DNA of 64,000 bases, from contig CAYVOX010000001.1 of the NCBI GenBank assembly GCA_964453035.1, positions 1,849 through 65,848 on the forward strand, read 5' to 3'. The stretch's first letter is position 1; each line of letters opens with the position of its first letter. This document shows positions 9,006-18,285 of the stretch, in pieces. The notes below the pieces were generated by a model, which worked only from the letters and a program-made list of their open reading frames with translations, did no database searches and was not told the DNA's origin. This DNA is from an uncultured Anaerolineaceae bacterium (GTDB lineage Bacteria; Chloroflexota; Anaerolineae; Anaerolineales; Anaerolineaceae). Made by a program: the position numbers and the translations under genes.

Positions 9006-10115
9006 ATGCCATCCGGAACCACTTATTACCTCCCAGTTGATCTCCTGCAGTCCTTCATGCGGGAAGTATTCATCAAAGCAGGTGTCTCTGCAGAAGATGC
9101 AACCGTCTGCTCTGAAGTGCTCATCACCTCAGACTTGCGAGGCATCGAATCTCACGGCATTGGCCGCCTCAAAATGTATATTGACCGTATCCGCACTGGC
9201 CAGATTAATGCCAAATCCCAGTTTGAGATTGTTCGCGAAGGTCCCACCACCGCTCTCATTGACGGTCATTACAGTATGGGCATGGTCATAGCCACAAAAG
9301 CCATGCAGATGGCTATTGATAAGGCCCGCGCGTATGGCATGGGTTCAGTGGCCGTTCGCAACTCCACTCACTTCGGCATTGACGGCTACTACCCCCTCAT
9401 GGCAATCCGCCAGGGCATGGTCGGTATGAGCTTCACCAACGCCCGCCCTTCCATCTCGCCCACCTTTGGCGTCCAGCCCATGCTCGGCACCAACCCCATC
9501 GCTTTCGGCTGTCCCACCGATGAGGAATGCCCCTACCTCTTTGACGCCGCCACCTCCATCACCCAGCGCGGAAAATTTGAGGTGCTGCAGCGCGCTGAAA
9601 AACCCGGTAATCCCGGTTGGGTCACCGACCAGAACGGCAATGGTCTTACCGATGCCTCCGCTGTCATCGCCGGTCTCGGCAAGGATACGGTTGCCCTGCT
9701 TCCCCTCGGCGGCGCAGGCGAGGATTTAGGCGGGCACAAAGGCTACGGTCTGGCTGTCATGGTCGAGATCCTTTCCTCCTCCATGCAGATGGGAGCCTTC
9801 ATGCACGGTCTTCTGGGTCATGATAAAGATCATAAGCCCATCCCCTTCATGGTGGGGCACTTCTTCATGGCGATAAACATCGAGAGCTTCGTCAGCCTCG
9901 ACGAGTTCAAGCACAACACTGGTGAGATTCTGCGCGAATTACGCGCCTCACGCAAAGCGCCCGGGCAACCGCGCATCTACACAGCCAACGAGAAAGAATT
10001 CGAAATGGAAAAACGCGTCCGCCAGAACGGCGTGCCAGTCATCCCCAACCTGCAGAAAGATATCATCGCCCTGCGCGAAATGCTCGATATTCGAAACTAC
10101 GACTTCCCCTTCTAA
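9006..10115 (+). CDS. Ldh_2 family (malate/L-lactate dehydrogenase type 2) NAD(P)H oxidoreductase
   Basis: 369 aa. GIESHGIGRL, STHFG and GGHKGYGLA-type motifs typical of the Ldh_2 family (ureidoglycolate / sulfolactate / Pyr2C-Pip2C reductases). SD AAGGAG upstream. Confidence 0.8.
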   Translation: MPSGTTYYLPVDLLQSFMREVFIKAGVSAEDATVCSEVLITSDLRGIESHGIGRLKMYIDRIRTGQINAKSQFEIVREGPTTALIDGHYSMGMVIATKAMQMAIDKARAYGMGSVAVRNSTHFGIDGYYPLMAIRQGMVGMSFTNARPSISPTFGVQPMLGTNPIAFGCPTDEECPYLFDAATSITQRGKFEVLQRAEKPGNPGWVTDQNGNGLTDASAVIAGLGKDTVALLPLGGAGEDLGGHKGYGLAVMVEILSSSMQMGAFMHGLLGHDKDHKPIPFMVGHFFMAINIESFVSLDEFKHNTGEILRELRASRKAPGQPRIYTANEKEFEMEKRVRQNGVPVIPNLQKDIIALREMLDIRNYDFPF

Positions 10116-10157
10116 ATTACTATTCCAGAGTATTTCAGAGCACTAAAAAACAATAAA

Positions 10158-10212
10158 CCAGCCTCTCTCCCCTCACTCAACGAGAACCTTGCGAGTCAGG
10201 GAGCGAGGCTGG
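10158..10212 (+). terminator. Long GC stem-loop after the Ldh_2 gene (possible terminator)
   Basis: CCAGCCTCTCTCCC ... GGGAGCGAGGCTGG pairs at 13 of 14 positions with a 27-nt loop, followed by AAAAATTTCTC. There is no clean T tract. Confidence 0.4.
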
Positions 10213-10365
10213 AAAAATTTCTCTGCCTTCGCTCAAGAATTGGCTCGAAAAGCGGGCCGAGTTCCCATCTCCCCACATCTCTTTTTGGCTAATTTTTATC
10301 CCCTTCTGCTTAATCTATGGTAAAAATGGGTACAATGTCTCCACGCCCACCCAGGAATTTAAACC

Positions 10366-11037
10366 ATGCCCATTAAAGCCCTCATTTTTGACTTTGACGG
10401 CCTCATCCTCGATACCGAAACGCCCGAATACCATATTCTTCAAGAACTGTTCCAACCCTACGGTCTGCGCCTGCCCATTGAAGAATGGGCTAAAGCCCTC
10501 GGCGCCTCCCCCGGAGCGTTTGACCCCTTTGCCTACCTCGCCGCGCAGACTCCACTCCCCGTTGATCAGCCAGCGCTGAGAAAAATCTTTCTCGAGCGTT
10601 CCCTTGCGCTCATTGATGAACAACCGCCTCTGCCCGGTGTCCTTGCCCTTCTCAATCGCGCCGAACAGCTCCATCTCCACCTGGCGGTCGCATCTTCCTC
10701 CCCCACCGATTGGGTTCACCGCCACCTCAAACGTCTCGGGTTGTTCCAGCGCTTTGCATCCATCCTCACCCGCGACGACGTCACCCATGCCAAACCGCAC
10801 CCCCAGCTCTACCTGCGCACACTTGAAGTGTTCAATCTGCAACCTCACGAGGCAATCGTCTTCGAAGATTCTCCCAACGGCATCACCGCCGCCCGGGCTG
10901 CCGGCATCTTTTGCGTCGGCGTACCCAACCACGTCACACGCCTGCTCGATACCTCTCACGCCAGCCTCACCTTGCCTTCACTGGCTGCTCTCACCCTCGA
11001 CGAACTCATTCGCAACGTTGAAACCAAGGAGGGATGA
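10366..11037 (+). CDS. HAD-IA hydrolase (beta-phosphoglucomutase / sugar-phosphatase-like)
   Basis: 223 aa. IFDFDGLILDTE motif I, a later SSS/T motif and FEDSPNGITAARAAG motif. Confidence 0.8.
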   Translation: MPIKALIFDFDGLILDTETPEYHILQELFQPYGLRLPIEEWAKALGASPGAFDPFAYLAAQTPLPVDQPALRKIFLERSLALIDEQPPLPGVLALLNRAEQLHLHLAVASSSPTDWVHRHLKRLGLFQRFASILTRDDVTHAKPHPQLYLRTLEVFNLQPHEAIVFEDSPNGITAARAAGIFCVGVPNHVTRLLDTSHASLTLPSLAALTLDELIRNVETKEG

Positions 11038-11038
11038 C

Positions 11039-12412
11039 ATGTCCCAATTTGTTAAGTTCCCAACCAACTTCATGTGGGGCGCAGCTACCTCTGCCTATCA
11101 AATCGAAGGCGCCTGGGATCAAGACGGGAAAGGTCCGTCAATCTGGGATACCTTCGTCCACCAACCCGGGCACGTCTATCACAACCAGACTGGCGACACC
11201 GCTGCCGACCATTACCACCTTTGGCCGCAGGATATTGACCTGATGAAGGCATTGGGTCTTAAAACCTATCGCTTCTCCACCGCCTGGAGCCGCATCTTTC
11301 CCACCGGGCGCGCTACTGTTAACCAGTCTGGCATAGATTTCTACAACCGCCTGGTAGATGGCCTTCTCCAGGCTGGCATCCAGCCGTTTCTCACCCTGCA
11401 CCATTACGACCTGCCCCAGTCTCTCCAGCAGGAGGGTGGCTGGGCTAACCGCGCCACCGCGCAGGCCTTTGCCGACTATGCCGGTTTTATGAGCCAGAAG
11501 CTCTCAGACCGCGTCACCATCTGGACCACCATCAACGAGCCCCTCGTACTCACCGCCAACGGTCACCTCCTCGGTGAACATGCGCCAGGCGAACGGGATA
11601 TTCAAACCGCGGTCTCCGTTGCCTACAATCTGCTCCTGGCTCACGGCCTTGCCATTCAATCCATTCGCGCCAATGCTGCCCGCCCTCTCCGTCTCGGAGC
11701 GGTCCTCAATCATACTCCCGTCCACCCCGCTTCTGATTCGCAGGAAGACCTGCTCGCCGCTCAGCGGGCTGATGCCATCCTTAACCGCTCCATGCTCGAC
11801 CCTATCTTCAAAGCCACCTTCCCCTCTGACCTGCTCGACCTCATCGCTCTCCTCCTGCCCCCCAGCTTCGATGATGATCTTAAAATCGCTGCCCAGCCTC
11901 TTGAATTTCTCGGCATCAACTATTACACCCGTGCTGTCATCCGTAACGAGCCCGGTATTCCCTTTGTGGAATTTTCCGAGATTCGCCCGTCCGGCACCCC
12001 TTACTCCATGATGTGGGAGATTTATCCGCCCGGTATCTACGAAATTATCACTAGGATCTGGACCGATTACCACCCCGCTGAGATTATCGTCAGTGAAAAC
12101 GGTATGCCCCTGGCCGATGATGTTGACCTGGATGGTCAGGTGCGTGACCCGCGCCGCATCCAGTACCTGCAGGATCACCTCATCCAGGTCCACCGCGCCA
12201 TCTCCGAAGGCGTTCCCGTTACTGGCTACCTGGTTTGGTCCCTCATCGATAACTTCGAATGGCATCTTGGCTATCGTATGCGCTACGGCCTCGCCCACGT
12301 CGATTTTGACACCCAGAAACGCACGATTAAATCCTCAGGGCACTGGTTCAGGCAAGTCATCACCCAGAACGGATTTATACCCCGGCCTTATTACCTCGAA
12401 TCCGGCCTCTAA
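11039..12412 (+). CDS. GH1 beta-glucosidase
   Basis: ATG 11039 is preceded by AAGGAGGGA. FMWGAATSAYQIEGA, acid/base TINEP and nucleophile VSENG motifs. The listed ORF from 10604 is an upstream extension overlapping the HAD gene in another frame. Confidence 0.9.
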   Translation: MSQFVKFPTNFMWGAATSAYQIEGAWDQDGKGPSIWDTFVHQPGHVYHNQTGDTAADHYHLWPQDIDLMKALGLKTYRFSTAWSRIFPTGRATVNQSGIDFYNRLVDGLLQAGIQPFLTLHHYDLPQSLQQEGGWANRATAQAFADYAGFMSQKLSDRVTIWTTINEPLVLTANGHLLGEHAPGERDIQTAVSVAYNLLLAHGLAIQSIRANAARPLRLGAVLNHTPVHPASDSQEDLLAAQRADAILNRSMLDPIFKATFPSDLLDLIALLLPPSFDDDLKIAAQPLEFLGINYYTRAVIRNEPGIPFVEFSEIRPSGTPYSMMWEIYPPGIYEIITRIWTDYHPAEIIVSENGMPLADDVDLDGQVRDPRRIQYLQDHLIQVHRAISEGVPVTGYLVWSLIDNFEWHLGYRMRYGLAHVDFDTQKRTIKSSGHWFRQVITQNGFIPRPYYLESGL

Positions 12413-12671
12413 TCTGGCCTGAAATATCGGAGAGTAATTTTTTGTCTCTCACGGCTACGCGCAATCAATCGCTGAGCCATAATCCCCTTATCCTCATAAA
12501 GCAACTCCTTACCTGGTCATCATGAGCAAGCCTGCTTTCTGACGGGAATGACATTATCGATTCACCTTAATGTCTGGCAGCCAAAAAAGATCGTCTTCTT
12601 GAACCCGTGGCATATTCACTTCCTTTTCTAAATAAATTTAGCGAATCCCATATTTGCCATTCACCCACGAT

Positions 12672-12717
12672 TAACTTGACAGTATAACTTGACAGTGCTA
12701 TAATTACTGTAAAGTTA
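12672..12717. promoter_or_regulatory. Three copies of a 12-mer (two direct, one inverted): candidate operator
   Basis: TAACTTGACAGT occurs at 12672-83 and 12685-96. ACTGTAAAGTTA at 12706-17 is its reverse complement at 11 of 12 positions. Copies 2 and 3 form an inverted repeat with a 9-nt spacer that contains the -10 box. Confidence 0.5.
12676..12704 (+). promoter_or_regulatory. Consensus sigma-70-type promoter of the MerR/vWA unit
   Basis: TTGACA (12676-81), exactly 17 nt, then TATAAT (12699-704). It lies 25 nt upstream of ATG 12729, and AGGA at 12717-20 can serve as SD. Confidence 0.6.
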
Positions 12718-12728
12718 GGAAATCACCT

Positions 12729-13187
12729 ATGTCAAACGCCACCTACTCCATTCAAGAGTTATCCGATCAATCCGGCCTCCCTCGCCGTACAATTCACTTC
12801 TATATCCAGCAGGGCATCCTACCACCTCCTGCAGGTGCGGGCCTCGCAGCCACCTACGATGAAAATCACCTCACCCGACTGCGCCTTGTGCCCCTTCTGC
12901 GCCAGCAAGGCCTGCGCCTGGATGCCATTCGTCTGCGCCTCAACCAGCTTCCACCGGTTGAACTTCCCTCTCTACTTCAGAACCTTTCTGCTGGGCCCGC
13001 GCAGCCGGCTCTTTCTCCCCATCCCGCGCACAGGCTTCCTCCTTCTCAACCCTGCCTGCGCTATGCCCTTCCAGCTGGCATCCAGCTCATCGCCCCTGCC
13101 GATCTTACACCTGCCAACCTGACCCGCCTCGAGCAGCTTCTACACGCTGCCCGGCAGATCTTCAACAACGAGAACCAAAATAACTAA
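12729..13187 (+). CDS. MerR-family transcriptional regulator
   Basis: 152 aa. N-terminal winged HTH YSIQELSDQSGLPRRTIHFYIQQGILPPP...YDENHLTRLRLV. The C-terminus is Pro-rich and has no metal-binding Cys. Confidence 0.8.
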   Translation: MSNATYSIQELSDQSGLPRRTIHFYIQQGILPPPAGAGLAATYDENHLTRLRLVPLLRQQGLRLDAIRLRLNQLPPVELPSLLQNLSAGPAQPALSPHPAHRLPPSQPCLRYALPAGIQLIAPADLTPANLTRLEQLLHAARQIFNNENQNN

Positions 13188-13203
13188 CCAAAGGAGTCTT
13201 CTC

Positions 13204-15747
13204 ATGCCGCGCGTCAAACCACAACCCGCCCTGCCTCAAGAAATCCCATTTGGGATGATCATCATCCCCTCACAGCCTGCCTCCCCACTCCCCCTTGAAA
13301 AAACCACCATCACCGGGCAGATTACCGGTCCGCTTGCATCCATTGCCATCACCCAGGCTTTCACCAATCCCCTCACCAAACCCCTCGAGCTGGAATACCT
13401 CTTTCCAATTCCCCATAAAGCCTCCGTCACTGATTTTGAAATCCGCATAGCCGACCGCATTATCCGTGGTGACTTGCGCGAAGTTGAACAGGCGCGTCAG
13501 GCTTATGAAAAAGCCATCTCGAATGGTCAACAGGCAGCGCTCCTCGAAGAACGCCGTCCCAACCTCTTTGCCGTTCGCCTGGCTAATATCCGCCCTGCTG
13601 AACCCATCCTCGCTTCAATCCGCTACCAGGAGTCGCTAAACTACCGCGAAGGCGAATACGAACTGGTCATCCCCATGGGTCTCACGCCGAAGTTCACTTC
13701 CCCCGACCACCCGCAAGAAAGCACAGGCGTCACAGCCCCCGTTGCCCTGCCCGGTGAAAAAATCGGCCCGGTCGAAATATCCATTGGTGTGGATGCTGGC
13801 GTTTCCCTGGCAGATCCCACCAGCCCCAGCCACAGGCTCAGCATCACCCGACTCGATGAGCGCCGGCTGAATCTTTCCCTATCTCAGCCCTACATTCCCG
13901 ATCACGACTTCGTCCTCCGGCTGCCTGTAGCCCAATCCGCTCTCAAACTGGCTTCATACTGCTCTCCGCACGCTGCCGGCGACGTTTTCCTCGCTACATT
14001 GCTTCCGCCCGCTCTGCTAGAGTCTGCTGCCGCTCCATCCCCCCGCGAGTTCATTTTCGTGCTCGACCGTTCCGGTTCCATGTCCGGTGAACCCATCTCC
14101 CAGGCGCGCAACGCCCTCCGCGCCTGCCTCCGCACCCTCAACCTCACCGATACCTTCGCCATCCTCCTTTTTGACAACGATTTGGAATGGTTCAAGCCTG
14201 CCTCCTCGCCGGTAACCCAGGCCAATATTGATGCCGCCGATCAATTCTTAGCCGGAGTAGAAGGCCGTGGAGGAACCGAAATCATCCCCGCCATTCAGGC
14301 GTCCCTCGCCATCCCTCGCGATGTGGAACGCACCCGCTTTGTCGTCTTCCTCACCGATGGTGCCGTCTCCGCGGATGAGCGCGCCATTTCCGAAGTCCGC
14401 CGCAGATTAGGAGATGCACGCTTCTTCACCTTTGGCATCGGTCCATCCGTCAACCGCGCCTTGCTACAAAAATTAGCATCCATCGGACGCGGTACGTGCG
14501 AGTTTCTCCAGCTCAGAGAGGATATCGAAGGCGCTATCATGCGTTTTCAGGATCGCGTCTCCTTCCCCGTCCTGACCAACCTAAAAGTCGAGTACCGCCA
14601 CGCAAAATTCTGGGATACCTATCCCTCCATCCTGCCAGATGTCTATTCCGGCACCCCCTTGCAACTGGTCGGACGCATCCAACCCACCTCCGGTAAGACG
14701 CCGCGAATCATCCTGCGCGGTGTACGTCAGGGTCAACCTGTTGAAATGGCAGCCGACCTCGTCCCCCTCTCCGCGCCAGAACCAGCCGTGCTGCGCGCCT
14801 GGGCTAAAGCCCGCATTGACGATCTCGAAGAACAGGCCGAATCGATGGGAAAACCTTTTCACCAGATAAGAGATGAAATCATCGGCCTGGCCCTTGAGCA
14901 CCGCCTCGTCACCCGTTTCACAGCATTTGTGGCAATCGATTCAGCCCAGGTTAATCCGGATGGCAAACCCATGCTGCTCATGGTCTCTCAGCCCCTGCCA
15001 GAAGGCCTTGATCCTTCCGGGTTTGGTATTGCGCCTCCCATCCAGTATGCATCAATGTCGATGCCAATTCCTTCTGCCCCGGTTCGCTACATGAAAATGC
15101 GGCACCTCGCTGAACAATCCGACGACGCTTTCATTTCCGCTGATAGCTTGATGGCCTCAGACGTCCCGTCCTTCCTTCGTGTTGGTGCCAGAGGATCCGC
15201 CGCACGGCCTTCAATGCCTCCTGCTCAACCTGAGCTCTTACCAGTCGACCAGTCCGATCCGGAATCGACATTACGCTGGTTGGCTCGCACCCAGAACCTG
15301 GACGGTTCCTGGCCTGCCGGTGCCGAATTCACTGCGCTTGCCCTGCTTTTCATGGTACGCAACGGCTGCACCCATAGCCTGGGGCATTACCGCACGCAGG
15401 TTAAACGGGCAGCCCACTGGCTGGGCAACACAGACCTGCTCGATTTTCCGGCCTTCCTGGCAGCCCTGGCCCTGCATGAACTGGCTTCACGTACCAATCT
15501 CTACGAGCACCTCAGCATGGTCAGTCACAAGGTTTACAGCCTTCCAAAGCCATCAACTCCTTCTCAAGAAGCCGCCCTGGCGCTGGTGAAATCACAAAAG
15601 TTGCCGGTCGCGCTGCCTGCTTCCATCGCCAGCCTGGACGACCTGCGCCTGGCTCGCCTGTGCGGTTCGACCATGGATTGCCCCGCTGCTTTGCTTTCCA
15701 GGCCAGATGCCGATTTAGCCCGTCTCTGGTCAGCCCTGCCCGTCTGA
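13204..15747 (+). CDS. VIT domain + von Willebrand factor A domain protein with C-terminal prenyltransferase/alpha-macroglobulin-like repeat
   Basis: 847 aa. N-terminal VIT-like region (LEYLFPIP..ASVTDFEIRI). vWA MIDAS motif FVLDRSGSM ... TDG. C-terminal LRWLARTQNLDGSWP repeat. No signal peptide is visible. SD AAGGAG upstream. Confidence 0.8.
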   Translation: MPRVKPQPALPQEIPFGMIIIPSQPASPLPLEKTTITGQITGPLASIAITQAFTNPLTKPLELEYLFPIPHKASVTDFEIRIADRIIRGDLREVEQARQAYEKAISNGQQAALLEERRPNLFAVRLANIRPAEPILASIRYQESLNYREGEYELVIPMGLTPKFTSPDHPQESTGVTAPVALPGEKIGPVEISIGVDAGVSLADPTSPSHRLSITRLDERRLNLSLSQPYIPDHDFVLRLPVAQSALKLASYCSPHAAGDVFLATLLPPALLESAAAPSPREFIFVLDRSGSMSGEPISQARNALRACLRTLNLTDTFAILLFDNDLEWFKPASSPVTQANIDAADQFLAGVEGRGGTEIIPAIQASLAIPRDVERTRFVVFLTDGAVSADERAISEVRRRLGDARFFTFGIGPSVNRALLQKLASIGRGTCEFLQLREDIEGAIMRFQDRVSFPVLTNLKVEYRHAKFWDTYPSILPDVYSGTPLQLVGRIQPTSGKTPRIILRGVRQGQPVEMAADLVPLSAPEPAVLRAWAKARIDDLEEQAESMGKPFHQIRDEIIGLALEHRLVTRFTAFVAIDSAQVNPDGKPMLLMVSQPLPEGLDPSGFGIAPPIQYASMSMPIPSAPVRYMKMRHLAEQSDDAFISADSLMASDVPSFLRVGARGSAARPSMPPAQPELLPVDQSDPESTLRWLARTQNLDGSWPAGAEFTALALLFMVRNGCTHSLGHYRTQVKRAAHWLGNTDLLDFPAFLAALALHELASRTNLYEHLSMVSHKVYSLPKPSTPSQEAALALVKSQKLPVALPASIASLDDLRLARLCGSTMDCPAALLSRPDADLARLWSALPV

Positions 15748-15765
15748 TTTGCCGGTCTCCCTTCT

Positions 15766-15799
15766 CACCCTCTGCCTGTTCCTGGCAGGGGGTGTTTTT
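15766..15799 (+). terminator. Intrinsic terminator after the vWA gene
   Basis: CACCCTCTGCC / GGCAGGGGGTG forms an 11-bp stem with one G-U pair and a 7-nt loop, followed by TTTTT (15795-99). Confidence 0.7.
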
Positions 15800-15860
15800 G
15801 CTATAACTCTTAGCCCATTCCCCTTGTGCCTGCCTGCCAGGCAAGGGTATACTAGGGAAC

Positions 15861-18083
15861 ATGAAAATCGAGAACCTGATGGAGGCTTTGCCTGAAATCT
15901 ACTCGCCTGCCGACCGCGAGCTGGTTTTACGCGCCTACCGTTTTGCCGAATCCGCTCACGAAGGGCAGTTTCGCATCTCAGGCGAGCCTTACATCAGCCA
16001 TTGCGTCTCGGTTGCCTTTATCCTCGCTGAAATGCGCGTTCCTCCCACAGTGATCGCAGCTGGCCTGCTGCACGATACGGTTGAAGACACCCCCGTCACC
16101 CTGGCAGATATCCTCACCCACTTTGGCGAGGAGGTGAGCAATCTGGTTGACGGCGTCACCAAGCTCACCCACCTGCCCCGCGTCTCTCGCGCAGACCAAC
16201 TCCTCACCCAGCCCAACCCGCAAGCGCCAGAAGAAGACGAAGATGAAGCCAACCTGCCTGCCTCCACCCGCGACCGCAACAAAGCCCTGCGCAATGAAAC
16301 CCTACGAAAAACCTTCATGGCAATGGGCGATGATATTCGTGTCGTTCTGGTCAAGCTGGCAGACCGCCTGCACAACATGCGCACCCTCGGTTACCTGCCC
16401 GAAACCAAGCGCAAACGCATCGCCCAGGAGACGCTGGATATTTTTGCTCCTCTTGCAAACCGTCTCGGCATCTGGCGCATCAAATGGGAATTGGAAGATC
16501 TCGGCTTCCGCTACACCAATCCCGAAAAATACAAAGAGATCGCGGAAAATCTCGCCGAGCGCCGCTCCGACCGCGAAGTTCAGATTCAACACATCATTGA
16601 CCACCTAAAAGAGGTGCTGGAGCAATCGGAAATCGTGGCTGAAATTACTGGCCGCCCCAAGCATATCTACTCCATTTACCGCAAAATGATGGAGAAAGGC
16701 AAGCCTTTTGACCTCGTCCGCGACCTGCGCGCCGTCCGCCTGATCGTAAAAGATGTTCCCGCCTGTTACATAGCCCTCGGAGTCATTCACACCCACTGGC
16801 GCCCCATCCCAAACGAATTTGACGACTATATCGCCGCCCCCAAGGATAATTATTACCAGTCGCTTCACACCGCGGTGATTTACGACGACGGCAAATCCAT
16901 CGAAGTGCAGATTCGCACCGCTGAAATGCACCAGAACGCCGAATACGGCATCGCCGCTCACTGGCGGTATAAGGAACGCGGCAAAAAAGATGAGGAATAC
17001 GAACAGCGCATTAACTGGCTGCGGAAATTAATGGAATGGCGCCAGGAGGTGCAGGACGCGCAGGAATTTGTTGACGGCATGAAAACCGATGTCTTTCAGG
17101 ACCGCGTCTACGTCTTCACCCCCCGCGGAGATATCATCGACCTGCCAGCCGGTTCCACCCCCATCGACTTCGCTTACCACGTCCACACAGAGATTGGCCA
17201 TCGCTGCCGCGGCGCAAAAATCAACGGCAAGCTGGTCACCCTCGAATATACCCTGCGCACCGGAGACCAGGTTGAGATTCTCACCGCCAAGCAGGGTGGT
17301 CCCAGCCGAGATTGGCTGAATCCCAACCTCGGCCTGGTCAACACGCAGCGCGCCCGCTCAAAAATTCGCCAGTGGTTCAAATGGCAGGATCGCGAGCAAA
17401 ACCTGCTGCAAGGCAAATCCATTTTTGAGCGCGAACTGCGCCGCCTCGGCATCTCCAGCGTCAATCTTGAGGACCTGGCCCGCCGCTTTGAAGTGAAATC
17501 CGTTGATGACCTTTACGTTGAAGTCGGCTGCGGTGACCTTTCTATGAGCCGTGTCATCACCGCCCTCTCAGAAGCCGAGCTGGGCACCCCCTCACTCATT
17601 GAGCCAATTCCCACCAACGAACCGGTCAAACCCACCGCCAGTGGCACACAGGTCACCGTCCTGGGTCTCAAAGGACTGCTCACCGTCATGGCGCGCTGCT
17701 GCAACCCCGCCCCTGGCGATGATATCATCGGGTACATCACCCGCGGGCGCGGCGCTACCATCCACCGCCAGGATTGCCCCAACATCCTGCGCCAGCCTGA
17801 CCGCGAGCGCCTGGTCAAAGTAACCTGGGGCGAACCCGTTGCCACCTATCCCGTTGCGGTGCTCGTCAAAGCCTACGACCGCCAGGGGCTAATGGCGGAT
17901 ATCTACAACATCCTCAACAATGAAAACGTCAACCTACCCAATTTCACCGTCAAGGTAACCCACAACCTGGCAGCCATCAACCTGGTGCTTGAAGTTAACT
18001 CCATTTCGCAGCTCAGCCGCGTCCTCACCCGCATCGAGAACCTCCCCAATGTGATGGAAGCCAAGCGCCTGCGCGCCGGATGA
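15861..18083 (+). CDS. relA: Bifunctional (p)ppGpp synthetase/hydrolase RelA/SpoT (Rel)
   Basis: 740 aa. HD hydrolase motifs (HEGQFR..SGEPYISH, LHDTVED). Synthetase region (RPKHIYSIYRKM). TGS domain and C-terminal ACT domain. Confidence 0.9.
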   Translation: MKIENLMEALPEIYSPADRELVLRAYRFAESAHEGQFRISGEPYISHCVSVAFILAEMRVPPTVIAAGLLHDTVEDTPVTLADILTHFGEEVSNLVDGVTKLTHLPRVSRADQLLTQPNPQAPEEDEDEANLPASTRDRNKALRNETLRKTFMAMGDDIRVVLVKLADRLHNMRTLGYLPETKRKRIAQETLDIFAPLANRLGIWRIKWELEDLGFRYTNPEKYKEIAENLAERRSDREVQIQHIIDHLKEVLEQSEIVAEITGRPKHIYSIYRKMMEKGKPFDLVRDLRAVRLIVKDVPACYIALGVIHTHWRPIPNEFDDYIAAPKDNYYQSLHTAVIYDDGKSIEVQIRTAEMHQNAEYGIAAHWRYKERGKKDEEYEQRINWLRKLMEWRQEVQDAQEFVDGMKTDVFQDRVYVFTPRGDIIDLPAGSTPIDFAYHVHTEIGHRCRGAKINGKLVTLEYTLRTGDQVEILTAKQGGPSRDWLNPNLGLVNTQRARSKIRQWFKWQDREQNLLQGKSIFERELRRLGISSVNLEDLARRFEVKSVDDLYVEVGCGDLSMSRVITALSEAELGTPSLIEPIPTNEPVKPTASGTQVTVLGLKGLLTVMARCCNPAPGDDIIGYITRGRGATIHRQDCPNILRQPDRERLVKVTWGEPVATYPVAVLVKAYDRQGLMADIYNILNNENVNLPNFTVKVTHNLAAINLVLEVNSISQLSRVLTRIENLPNVMEAKRLRAG

Positions 18084-18285
18084 CCTAACTCAAATCAGTT
18101 GATGGGGGATAATTCTGGTTGCAATCCTCAGAATAGTGGTAAAATCAGCGCAACTTTATGCGGGAGAAAATCAAGAGGTTTACATCGTCCGTTTTTTGTA
18201 AGGGCTTTACGGTTCACCCTGTCTGGAGTAAAATCGCTCCCTGACAAGCCTTCGTCAAATCAATGCCGCCCGGACCACAAGGAAC

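Noticed and set aside
10604-11038. The long ORF 10604..12412 would give the beta-glucosidase a 145-aa N-terminal extension.
   Set aside because: The extension overlaps the HAD gene in another frame and has a low-complexity Ser/Pro/Thr composition. The GH1 homology begins exactly at ATG 11039, behind AAGGAGGGA.
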